Below, piece by piece: positions 1 to 9,600 of a stretch of DNA of 64,000 nt (positions within the stretch are counted from its first letter, which is position 1; the number at the start of each line of letters is the position of its first letter). The notes beneath the pieces were generated by a model. That model was not told where the DNA came from, searched no databases, and saw nothing but the letters and a program-made list of their open reading frames with translations. The stretch covers positions 6,797 to 70,796 of the forward strand of contig CAKPBB010000001.1 of the NCBI GenBank assembly GCA_934140005.1, written 5' to 3'. The position numbers and the translations under genes are program-made. Source of the stretch: an uncultured Clostridia bacterium. GTDB lineage: Bacteria > Bacillota > Clostridia > TANB77 > CAG-508.

Positions 1-387
1 TACTTCTCCACCAAAATTCACTTTCAATTCTTTATTAATTATATCATATCCATTAATTCCACTTAATTGATGAGCAATCTTATTTCTCATTTGTATAAAA
101 AACTCAAAATCATTATTACTAACAATTTTTATGCTATTATCTTTTGCAAATGCTTTTATAATTTCATATCTATCATAAAAAGTCATTCTCTCACTTATAA
201 ATTTAGCCATCTTTTTATTATTTTCAAATTCATCTTTTAAAAATAGTTTTTTTATAATATGAAACAAGAAAAAATTTTCATAAAAAATTGATGTTTCTAA
301 TATAGAATCATTATTATAATTTATTATTTTTTCTCTTTCATTTATCACTCCTTCTATTTCTTTTGCTAAATTTGATATATCCTCCAT
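1..387 (-). CDS. HEPN-like protein, partial (runs off window start)
   Basis: Minus-strand ATG at 385-387 sits behind an AAAGGAG RBS. The ORF leaves the window, so it is absent from the ORF track. The translation MEDISNLAKEIEGV...FFIQMRNKIAHQLSGING contains an R-x4-H motif (RNKIAH) typical of HEPN domains. The rest is unrecognised. Confidence 0.4.
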   Translation of the reverse strand, partial: MEDISNLAKEIEGVINEREKIINYNNDSILETSIFYENFFLFHIIKKLFLKDEFENNKKMAKFISERMTFYDRYEIIKAFAKDNSIKIVSNNDFEFFIQMRNKIAHQLSGINGYDIINKELKVNFGGEV

Positions 388-417
388 ATAATTCTCCTTT
401 TACTTCCTTTAATTACC

Positions 418-1197
418 CTAAAATATCTTTCCTAGTTTTTCTCCTCTTTCATATCCAATCTTATAAAATTCATCTAATGAAACATTCAAATAATCATATC
501 TATAACACAATTCTAATGTAATTGGTCCGTCATAATTACATTCTTTTAGCTTTTTCATTACATATTCCCAATTCAAAGTTCCATCAAATGGTAATAAATG
601 CAAATCTCCAGACTTATCATTATCATGTAAATGAATTGCAAAAATCCTATCTTTAAAAAATTCAAAATCAAATTCATCATCAAAATGAACATGATAATGT
701 CCAGAATCAAAACAAATTCCTACATTTTCATCTTTTATATTTCCTAATACATATTCTAGATATCCTTTTATTTTAGTATTTTCAAATGCAACTTTAACAT
801 TTAGTTTTTTCGCATATTCTGTTATTTGCTTAATTCTATTTAGTCCAATGTCTCCATACATAGGAGCTTGCTTTTTACTTGTCAAGTGCATTACTACCAT
901 ATCTATTCCGTTTTCTTTACAATCTTTGATATCCTTTTTATATCTTTCTACTAATTTATCTCCTTCAATTCCTTCTTCCCAGATAGAATTGATATTTTGA
1001 TATCCTAGATGTGCAAATATAATATTAAATCCTAATTCTTTACATTTTTCTACCTGTTGTTTTTGAGTATATTCCCAATCTTCATCATACCATTGAACAA
1101 ATACATTTTTAAAGTTAGCCTTTTGTATTGAATTTATTGTTTCCATAACACTTACATTTTCATTTGCGTTTTGAATAGCTACAGCAAGTTCTCTCAT
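418..1197 (-). CDS. sugar phosphate isomerase/epimerase family protein (xylose-isomerase-like TIM barrel, AP endonuclease 2 fold)
   Basis: 259 aa with the family pattern (VVMHL, AFEN, FDSGHYHVH, HLHDND, TLELCY). The stop is 30 nt upstream of the HEPN-like start, so co-transcription is likely. Confidence 0.7.
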   Translation of the reverse strand: MRELAVAIQNANENVSVMETINSIQKANFKNVFVQWYDEDWEYTQKQQVEKCKELGFNIIFAHLGYQNINSIWEEGIEGDKLVERYKKDIKDCKENGIDMVVMHLTSKKQAPMYGDIGLNRIKQITEYAKKLNVKVAFENTKIKGYLEYVLGNIKDENVGICFDSGHYHVHFDDEFDFEFFKDRIFAIHLHDNDKSGDLHLLPFDGTLNWEYVMKKLKECNYDGPITLELCYRYDYLNVSLDEFYKIGYERGEKLGKIF

Positions 1198-1349
1198 AAT
1201 TTTCTCCTTTATTTTAAGTTCTTTAATAATTCAAATATATCATAATATATTTCATTTTTCCATAAGAATATTATTTGATTAATATAATACTTATGCTTAA
1301 ATTAATATGTTTTTATAATATAACCATTTTCAAGTCACATGCAAAAGCC

Positions 1350-1392
1350 AAAAAAATTGTCCCATCGGTAGTTAGCACTACTGATGGAACAA
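1350..1392 (-). terminator. rho-independent terminator after the beta-CASP gene
   Basis: Hairpin TTGTCCCATCGGTAG/CTACTGATGGAACAA at 1357-1392. The A-run at 1351-1356 is a T-run on the minus strand. Confidence 0.65.
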
Positions 1393-1435
1393 TTTAATTA
1401 TTTGAACTTTAGTGTTTGAAAATCTTTATAGTCTT

Positions 1436-3016
1436 CTATTTCTTAGCTTTTCCTCGTTGACTGTTCATTCCTTTCCTATTCTGCTTTGCCTTTTGTTTAC
1501 CATTATTTTTCTTATATTTTGATTGGCTAGTAGTTACAAGACCATCGTCGAATTTTGCTGGCAGTTCTCTTACAATAATATCACCTGCTCTGTTGCCTTT
1601 CTTTTTGCTTCGAGTAAAGCAATACATAGTTTCTCTATTTAAAATTCCCACTTGCTTTACATTAGAGCAATTCTCTTCAATAACAGCCTTCAAACCATTC
1701 TTTACATCTTTATTGCCATGATTTATAGCCAAAAAAGATATATTTTCAAATTTTCCAATGAACTTTAAGATTTCATCTTGAGTTGGATGTGCAGATTTTT
1801 CCATTGTTGTTTTAATTTCGGCCTTTCTAGTATAAAGATGACCATCAATTTCAATAACATCAGAGTCTCTAGTATCTAGTAGCAGTCTTGCTAAAGTATC
1901 TTCTGCAACATATCCAGTCAAATGAATTAATGCATTTTCATGTTCAAGAAAAGCTGGAACATATGCTCTAGCTGGTCCTTTTGAAAGCATTCCAGAAGTT
2001 GTAATGACAATTATATGTCTTTCAGACTTCAAAATACTTTTTCTATCTTTAGGATCAACTTGAACAATACCATATGGTATAAAATCACTTGCTTCTGGAT
2101 TGAAATCCCTCAAAATTCTTTGATACTTATAAGTAGTTTGAATTCCTAAAAATCCATCTACACAAATATCATAGCAATCAGGTATAATGCCTTCAATTTG
2201 GAACTTCTTAAAATCATATAAGATATCCTGCATTCTTCCCTGTGCAAAAGCACCAATTAATATATCCTGTTTTTTACTAAATGCCTCCAACATATTTTTT
2301 CTAAAACAAACATCTATATCTTTAGCTCTTGTTGCACCATAAGTTGCTTCATGTGCTACGATCAATTCCGTTTTTCTGAGCCAATTGGGAAGTTCCGGAA
2401 CTTCAAAAAATGGATTACTAAGCTTATAATCACCTGTAAACAGATAGCATAATGGTTTTAATCCTGGATAACAGCATTGAACCAAAATCATTGAAGCACC
2501 TAAAATATGGCCATTAATAAAAAAAGTAACTTCAACTCCAGGAAGAATTTCAACCGTTTCCTGATAATCGAGTCCAATGCACAAATTTAATGTCTTTTTT
2601 ACATCATCTTCATTATATAAAGCTTTAAACCTCCATTCCTCACCGGGATACATTTGTGCAACCTCTTTTGCATTCCTTTCCTGCTTGCTTGCAGAATCCA
2701 TCAAAAATCTTGGAAGCAAATCAAGGGTAATTTTAGACATATAAATCTTATTTCGAAAACCATATCTAAACATTTTAGGAAGCATTCCTGTGTGATCAAG
2801 GTGATTGTGCGTTATAAGAATTGCATCAATTTTACTAGGGTCAAAATCATTAACATAGTTAAGATATCTGTACTTAACTTCTTGAAAACTACCACAGTCA
2901 ATCAAAATCCGTGATTTTCTTCCGTTGGGGAAAGTAAGCGACAATAATAGTTTAGAGCCACTCACTTCACTATGATATGCTGACAAGTATCCTTTAAAAT
3001 CATGTGTCTTACTCAT
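1436..3016 (-). CDS. MBL-fold metallo-hydrolase, beta-CASP / RNA-metabolising type
   Basis: 526 aa with the HxHxDH motif (HNHLDHTG), a beta-CASP-like central region and a Lys-rich C-terminal tail. Confidence 0.75.
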   Translation of the reverse strand: MSKTHDFKGYLSAYHSEVSGSKLLLSLTFPNGRKSRILIDCGSFQEVKYRYLNYVNDFDPSKIDAILITHNHLDHTGMLPKMFRYGFRNKIYMSKITLDLLPRFLMDSASKQERNAKEVAQMYPGEEWRFKALYNEDDVKKTLNLCIGLDYQETVEILPGVEVTFFINGHILGASMILVQCCYPGLKPLCYLFTGDYKLSNPFFEVPELPNWLRKTELIVAHEATYGATRAKDIDVCFRKNMLEAFSKKQDILIGAFAQGRMQDILYDFKKFQIEGIIPDCYDICVDGFLGIQTTYKYQRILRDFNPEASDFIPYGIVQVDPKDRKSILKSERHIIVITTSGMLSKGPARAYVPAFLEHENALIHLTGYVAEDTLARLLLDTRDSDVIEIDGHLYTRKAEIKTTMEKSAHPTQDEILKFIGKFENISFLAINHGNKDVKNGLKAVIEENCSNVKQVGILNRETMYCFTRSKKKGNRAGDIIVRELPAKFDDGLVTTSQSKYKKNNGKQKAKQNRKGMNSQRGKAKK

Positions 3017-3189
3017 AAGCTTGCTCCTTTACATGCATTGTCAAAAATACCATATTCAATTTTCTAATATTTTGCGAACAAATAGACTTTGCTAAAAAAC
3101 TTACTATAGCTTTTTATTTACTGTCAAAGTATGTTGATATTATAGCACACCAAATTTCACTTTTCAATTACAACTAATTTACTTATGTC

Positions 3190-3516
3190 CTATTTATAAA
3201 AATTACACATTTTGACCTTTTTATATCGTCTGCAATCCACTTTTCCACTTAAATATGTGGATAACTTCTCGCCATTAATTAAACTTTCCTTTTCTTTTTT
3301 AGATAATTGTTTAATTTGATATTCCAGTTTACAAGCCAGAGATTTATCTTTACTCTTCCATGCTATTTCAATTCTTATTGCATCATGAACCTTTGTATAC
3401 TTAGCACCATTCTTTTTAGTAAAATGCTCGTTAAATCTTTTTTCTAAATCATTTGTCATACCAGTATAAATCGAATTATCTGCACATCTTATCATATATG
3501 TATAATACTCACTCAT
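3190..3516 (-). CDS. GIY-YIG nuclease family protein (small, UPF0213-like)
   Basis: 108 aa. The N-terminus YYTYMIRCADNSIYTGMTNDLEKRFNEH matches the GIY-YIG core. Confidence 0.85.
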   Translation of the reverse strand: MSEYYTYMIRCADNSIYTGMTNDLEKRFNEHFTKKNGAKYTKVHDAIRIEIAWKSKDKSLACKLEYQIKQLSKKEKESLINGEKLSTYLSGKVDCRRYKKVKMCNFYK

Positions 3517-3603
3517 TTTTATTTCATTAATTTTTTGTATTAACCAAAATTTTCTCCTTTAAAATATTTAATTCTTATATATCATAAATTCAACTAAATT
3601 TCC

Positions 3604-3636
3604 ATAAAAAAACTCGCCAAGTTATACTTGACGAGA
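3604..3636 (-). terminator. rho-independent terminator
   Basis: Imperfect hairpin CTCGCCAAGT/ACTTGACGAG at 3613-3635, with the T-run on the minus strand (A-run 3606-3612). Confidence 0.5.
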
Positions 3637-3675
3637 AAACTTCAAGCTTAGTGCTCAAGTTTTAGTGAATTTTAC

Positions 3676-4074
3676 TTAGCAAGTGCCTGTTCCTTTGCAA
3701 GGAATGTACAGAACCTGCCCGACACCTTCCTCCTTACGAACCTCGAAAGTATCGACATCGTCGATAAAGCCGATGACTCCGTCCAGCTGCCCCTCGTGTT
3801 TAGTCAGAAACTCCACAAGATTGCAGACAAACTTGTAGTCATCCAGCTTCTGCAGTGCTACCTGCCAGCTGGTGCCGCCGAACAGCTTAACATCATGCTT
3901 CAGCACCATATTCTCGAGTTCTTCGAGTTTAGTGCTGTGCATAGCAACTCTGTCCGAATGGCTTTTAGCCATAGCCGTAGACTTTATCTCGACTAGGTCA
4001 GAAAAGCTGTTAGTCCGGGTAAGACCTGCGAACTTCGGGTTGATTGCTTTCTTGAATTCGGTCGTTTGGGTCAT
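3676..4074 (-). CDS. hypothetical protein (higher-G+C patch)
   Basis: Start moved from 4101 to ATG 4074 (MTQTTEF), which lies behind an AAGGAGG RBS. No domain recognised. C-terminus is CKGTGTC. G+C is visibly above the flanks. Confidence 0.5.
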   Translation of the reverse strand: MTQTTEFKKAINPKFAGLTRTNSFSDLVEIKSTAMAKSHSDRVAMHSTKLEELENMVLKHDVKLFGGTSWQVALQKLDDYKFVCNLVEFLTKHEGQLDGVIGFIDDVDTFEVRKEEGVGQVLYIPCKGTGTC

Positions 4075-4403
4075 AATACATGACCTCCTTTTAAAATTCA
4101 CTTTGGAAAAGAGTTACATAAAGCTATCAATTAATTTGCTTCACATGCCCTATTTCCTAACAAAGTGTAATTAATATTTTAACACTATTATGTTAATTTG
4201 TAAAGTAAAAAATATAATTTTTTCGACTTTTTTCACAAAGTTGCATTTACTTTACAGAATTGCACTTAACTTTTCACTTAACACTTTTTTACAAAAATCT
4301 TATAAATTATTTTAGTTTTGCAATTCACCATTTTCACAAAAAGAAAAAACGCCGACAGCGTATTTTATGCTTGTCAGCGTTTTCCTTCATGCAAAGATAA
4401 TCA

Positions 4404-4868
4404 TCACGCGACTGTTATTAAAACAGTTTCCTTCGGCTCTTGGCTTAAAATCAAAACAAATTCCAAAGTCTCTCCCGACCAGGTAAGCATCACACCTTCT
4501 TTTCCCTCATACAAAAAGTTGTATATCTCAACATCTTCCGTTAAGCAACTGACATTATCTTTGGTAAATGTCTCAAAAAAGATTTGCTTATTTTGGTCAG
4601 ACGTTTCAATAAAAATACCTCGTTTAGTTGAATTCCAAGATGATGTTTGACTGAAAGTTTCAGTTAATGGTAACAACATATCTGTTACCTTTCTTAGCCG
4701 TTCAGCCTCTGTTCCCGTTGCAGTTTGATAGGCCCAACTTCTTTCTGTACTCGAACTCTCAACTGTTTCGACTGTACTTTCTGTGCTTTCTGCACTTTTA
4801 CTGCATCCAGCCAGTACTACCAGTACCAAAGCAACAACAAAAAAACTTACTAATCCCAATTTTCGCAT
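4404..4868 (-). CDS. putative lipoprotein
   Basis: Signal peptide with lipobox (MRKLGLVSFFVVALVLVVLAGCS). Lies in the higher-G+C patch. An imperfect terminator hairpin at about 4345-4385 follows. Confidence 0.65.
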   Translation of the reverse strand: MRKLGLVSFFVVALVLVVLAGCSKSAESTESTVETVESSSTERSWAYQTATGTEAERLRKVTDMLLPLTETFSQTSSWNSTKRGIFIETSDQNKQIFFETFTKDNVSCLTEDVEIYNFLYEGKEGVMLTWSGETLEFVLILSQEPKETVLITVA

Positions 4869-5027
4869 AATGTCCTCCTATGCTTCTTTGACCTTTTATC
4901 CGTAGTGGATATGGTTTGGGTGAAAAAATCATATAATAGCTATTATACGCTCTTTTTACAGTACTGTCAACTCATAAGCTATAATTTTGACCACAATGTT
5001 TCGACAATTTGCATAACTTTTATTATT

Positions 5028-5208
5028 CTAATTTTCATCCAAATTGTTCAAACCATATTCGATAATTTGATTAACTACACTATTAAAACTAATTGTATTT
5101 TTTTCCGCAATTTCATTAATCTTATCAAAATTCTTTCCACTCATTCTGATTGTTCTTGTAACCGTATCGTTACTCTTTTGATTTCCTGTTATTTTTAATT
5201 TCTCCATA
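5028..5208 (-). pseudogene. possible frameshifted ribbon-helix-helix (CopG/Arc-like) small ORF
   Basis: ATG 5208 sits behind a GGAGG RBS and opens a 27-codon frame. The +1 frame continues as TRTIRMSGKNFDKINEIAEKNTISFNSVVNQIIEYGLNNLDEN (strand-helix-helix pattern) to the stop at 5028-5030. The alternative reading is a 38-aa ORF from ATG 5144. Confidence 0.25.
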
Positions 5209-5354
5209 ATACATCCTCCATCTCTTTATACATTATATATTAGTACACATTTGCTCAAATTTAAGTACATAGTTTGTGTACATATTAATTTTACTATCTT
5301 ACTTTACTTTTTTATATACTCACATATTAAATAAAAATTATATATTTATAGATT

Positions 5355-6482
5355 TTATCCCTTATATCCAAGTTTTACTGATATCATAAATATTTTATCA
5401 TTTCTTTTTATTTCTAAATTTACACTTTCCCCTGGTGTTTTTGAATATATATATTTTCTTAAATCATTCATCCTATTTATTTCCGTATTATCAATTCTTA
5501 CAATAATATCACCAACTTGTAACCCAGATTTATATAAAGGTCCATCTGCTAGCACTTGTGCAACATAAATTCCACTGTTTATCTTTAAATTTGCATTCAA
5601 ATATGGAATTACCTCTTTATCATATCCATATATACCTAAATATGGTTCCTCAAATTTACCTGTATTTTCTAGTTTTTCTATTATAGGTTTTACTAAATTT
5701 ATTGGAATAGCAAATCCCATACCTTCTGCAGAATCAATTTTTATAGAATTGATACCTATTAAACTACCATCTTTTAAAACTAGTGCTCCTCCACTATTTC
5801 CCTCATTTATAGTCGCATCTGTTTGAATTAAATCTTCCATATATGAATTTTCTGTTTCATTTTCAATTTTTATTGTTCTATTAATACCACTAATAATTCC
5901 TTTTGTAACACTTTGCTGAAATTCAAATCCTATTGGATTACCTATTGCATATACATCTTCTGCTAAGTGCAAATTATCAGAATCAGCAAATTGCACATAT
6001 TTAAGTTTTGCACTCGTAATCTTTACTATTGCAATATCAACATTACTATCTGCCCAAACTACATTACCATTATAAACTTCTCCATTTTTTAGTGTTACAT
6101 AACAATTACTATATTTATTTCCTGCAACATGTTGATTCGTAATTATATATCCATTTTCAGTAACTATTACTCCACTTCCAAGTCCTAAACTAGTTTCTGC
6201 GTTATTTAAAAACACGCTAGTTCCATTTTGCTTTAATTTTGAAATTCCAACTATACTCTCGCATACTTCTTCAATATTATTTACTATATTTTCATTATCA
6301 TCTTTTGTTTCTTCATTTTCAATAGAAAGATTTTTAGTAGTATAATTACTTTTTGATTGAATATTTATATTTGCAAATTTAAAGTTTAATGTTATAAGTA
6401 ATAAAATTATTAAAAACAAACATAAAATCATCACTCGTGTAATATTTCTTTTTGACTTTTGCTCTTCATAGTACATTGGCAT
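5355..6482 (-). CDS. htrA: HtrA/DegP-type S1C serine protease with PDZ domain, membrane anchored
   Basis: 375 aa with an N-terminal TM segment. Catalytic motifs are TNQHV, DIAIVKI and GNSGGAL. The C-terminus is PDZ-like. Confidence 0.85.
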   Translation of the reverse strand: MPMYYEEQKSKRNITRVMILCLFLIILLLITLNFKFANINIQSKSNYTTKNLSIENEETKDDNENIVNNIEEVCESIVGISKLKQNGTSVFLNNAETSLGLGSGVIVTENGYIITNQHVAGNKYSNCYVTLKNGEVYNGNVVWADSNVDIAIVKITSAKLKYVQFADSDNLHLAEDVYAIGNPIGFEFQQSVTKGIISGINRTIKIENETENSYMEDLIQTDATINEGNSGGALVLKDGSLIGINSIKIDSAEGMGFAIPINLVKPIIEKLENTGKFEEPYLGIYGYDKEVIPYLNANLKINSGIYVAQVLADGPLYKSGLQVGDIIVRIDNTEINRMNDLRKYIYSKTPGESVNLEIKRNDKIFMISVKLGYKG

Positions 6483-6612
6483 CCTCCAATAATAAAATTA
6501 TATTACATTTTATTTTTCTAAAATCTTGCTATAATATTTATATAAATTTTTTCCAAATTTTATATAAATATTCCGTATTATGTAACATTTTGATTAATTT
6601 TTCAAATAATGA

Positions 6613-6640
6613 TTGCTTTTTCAACTTTTTATTATATAAT
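6613..6640 (+). promoter_or_regulatory. candidate sigma-A promoter for the NRPS gene
   Basis: TTGCTT (6613-6618), 16-nt spacer, TATAAT (6635-6640), about 40 nt upstream of ATG 6679. Confidence 0.35.
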
Positions 6641-6678
6641 GTGAATGAATATTTTAATATTGCAAGGATGTAGAAATT

Positions 6679-9600
6679 ATGGAAAAAGTTTTATATGATT
6701 TGACAAATCCACAAAAGTCAATTTGGTATACAGAGCAGTTTTACCAAAATAGCAGTATCAATAATATTGTTGGATACTTAAAGATTGAAAAAAACACAAA
6801 CTTTGCGGCTCTAGAAAAAGCTTTCAATCTTTTTATTATGAATAATGATTCATTTAAGCTAAAGTTTATTATTCAAAATAATGAACCTAAGCAATATTTT
6901 AGTGACTTTATTTACGAGAAAATCGAAATTATAGATTTAGAAGATTTTTCTCAACTCGAAGAATTTGAAAAAAGTTTTCCAAAAAAACCTTTTTCTTTAA
7001 ATGATAATTTATTATTTAATCCAGTTATTTTAAGATTTCCAAATACAGCTGGTATTTTAGTTCTAAGCACTCACCATTTAATATCTGATGCTTGGACGAT
7101 GTCTTTGACTCTAAATGAAATCTACGATAATTATATAAAATTAACCTCTAATCAAGACTTTGTTGATGAAAAAAAGCCTTCTTATTTAGACTTCATAAAA
7201 TCTAATTCAGATTACTTGTCTAGTGAAAAATTTAAGAAAGATAAAGAATATTGGTCTGAGACTTTTAAAACTCTTCCTAATATAGTATCTTTCAAAAACA
7301 CTGAACACTCTAGCTCTATATCATCAAGCAGAAAAGTATTTAATTTTAACGATAGTCTAATAGCCAAAATAGACACTTTTTGTGTACAAAATAATATATC
7401 TGTCTACATATTCCTACTAGCAATATACGGAATTTATTTTAGGAACATTTTTAATACGCCAAACTTTGTTATTGGCAACCCTGTTTTAAATCGCTCAAAT
7501 TTCAAAGAAAAACATACAACTGGTATGTTTGTATCTATAATGCCTTTTTTATTCAATATAACTGACTCAAATTCCTTTGTGAAGTTTACAGAGGATTTAG
7601 CTGTTAACCAAAAAAAAATGTATCGTCATCTTAAATATCCTTATCACGAAATTTTAAATCAGATTCATACAGACCATAATTTTACCGGAAACTTATATGA
7701 TATTGTTTTTTCATATCAAAATGCTAATATTCCAAGTTTCTGTAAGTGGCTTCCTAATTATTCACAAGCAGAATCTTTACAAATCCATATTAAAAATTTA
7801 AACGAAGGCAAAAAAGCATTATCTGTACATTATGATTATCTAACAGACATTTTCTCTGAAGAAGATATTAATAAAATGCATGCTCGTATTTCCAATATGA
7901 TTTCTCAAGTATTAGAAAATAACAGTTTATTAATTTCAGATTTTGAAATAACAAGTAATTCAGAGCGTAATTTTTTAATAAAAGATTTTAATACTACTAA
8001 AATGAATTATCCTAATTCATCAAATATTGTTAAAGAATTTGAAAAAGTAGTAAAAAAATATCCAAATAATGTTGCTGTTTCTTCAAATACAGAAACTCTT
8101 ACTTATGAAGAGTTAAACCATAAAGCAAATGTTTTAGCAAAACAAATACTTGATTCTAATATTGAAACAGATATTATAGCATTTTCTTTAAAGCGAAATG
8201 TATCTATTTATATTGCTATTTTAGGAATTTTAAAATCTGGGCATACCTATATGCCTATTGACCCAGATTATCCAATAGATAGAATTAATTTCATGCTAGA
8301 AAATAGTAATACAAAAATACTAATCTCTGCTAATGATTTTGTTAATAATATAAAATTTGATGGAAAATTAATTGATTTTAATTTTATTGACTTTAACGCA
8401 AAAGAGAAAAATCTTGAAATACCAATTGATTCAAATAAAATTGCTTACATAATGTATACATCTGGTTCAACTGGTATTCCAAAAGCTGTAGCTATTAAAC
8501 ATTACAATGTACTAAACTTTGCAAATTCTATGTTTAAAAAATTAAATTATAATCCTGAATATAAACAAATCGTTCTATCAGTTACAACCGTATGTTTTGA
8601 TATATTTGTTTTTGAAACATTTCCTACATTATTATCAGGATTACAAATTTTTATTGCAGATGAATTACAAGCCAAAAGTCCTAAACTTCTTAGTGAAGTT
8701 ATTACAGAACAGAAAATATCAAAAATATTAACAACACCTTCAAGAGTTGAACTTCTTTTTGATAATGAAAAATATGCTTCTTGCTTAACTAATGTACAAG
8801 AAATTATTTTAGGTGGAGAACCATTCCCTGAAATACTATTAAATAAATTAAAGCATATTACAAAGGCAAGATTATTAAATTTATATGGTCCAACAGAAAC
8901 AACTGTATACTCTACATTTAAAGATTTAACTGATTGTACTGATATAACAATTGGAAAGCCTATTGATAATACACAAATATATATTTTAAATGATAATAAT
9001 AAAATCCTTCCTATTGGAATTTCTGGTGAGATTTGCATTGGTGGAGATGGTGTTGGTGCCGGATACTATAAAAATCCTGAAAAAACTAATTTAAATTTTA
9101 TACAAAATCCATATTCAAAAGGAATTATATATAAAACTGGTGATTTAGGATATATAAACAAAGACAATGAAATTATTTGTTTAGGAAGAAAAGACCATCA
9201 AATAAAAATTAGAGGATATAGAATTGAATTAGATGACATTACTAATAATATTATGACTTTTGATGGTATAGAAAAATGTGTAGTTATTGACAGAACTGAT
9301 AAAAACAACAAAAAATATTTAGCTGCTTATTTTGTTTCTAAAAAGGAAATTGATACAAATGAACTAAGAAAATATTTGGTAGATTTATTACCTAACTACA
9401 TGATTCCTACATATTTTATACAATTAGACTCAATTCCTTTAACATTAAATCACAAAGTTGATAGAAAAGCTTTGCCAGAGCCTAAAAAAACAGACATTGT
9501 AAGTGAAAATATTACTTTGCCTACAACAAATACAGAAAAATTATTATATAAAACCATAAAAAATACTTTAAAAATTTCAAAGCTTGGAACTAATATCGAT

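Noticed and set aside
2654-2914. Plus-strand 86-aa ORF inside the beta-CASP gene. The same class includes 3796..3996, 3872..4174, 4318..4650, 4667..4870, 8547..9038, 11950..12171, 13572..13802, 16472..16714, 17483..17776, 19605..19838, 19950..20147, 21092..21509, 22619..22831, 24402..24593, 25637..26044, 28377..28927, 29000..30133, 30438..31103, 33737..33928, 40593..40778, 41058..41288, 42465..42707, 43680..44742 (antisense or alternate-frame), 45495..45800, 47478..48314, 50186..50401, 52625..52813, 53152..53466, 54059..54250 and 59195..60130.
   Set aside because: They are antisense to, or out of frame within, long ORFs that have clear family motifs. They have low-complexity or hydrophobic translations typical of AT-rich shadow frames, and they lack RBSs.
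4905-5198. 97-aa plus-strand ORF.
   Set aside because: There is no RBS and the translation is an AT-rich shadow frame. The opposite strand carries the RHH-like coding signal.
5355-6482. HtrA protease as a dedicated self-resistance or target gene of the NRPS product.
   Set aside because: This rests only on adjacency. HtrA is a common housekeeping gene. It is kept as a remark inside the NRPS finding, not as a claim.
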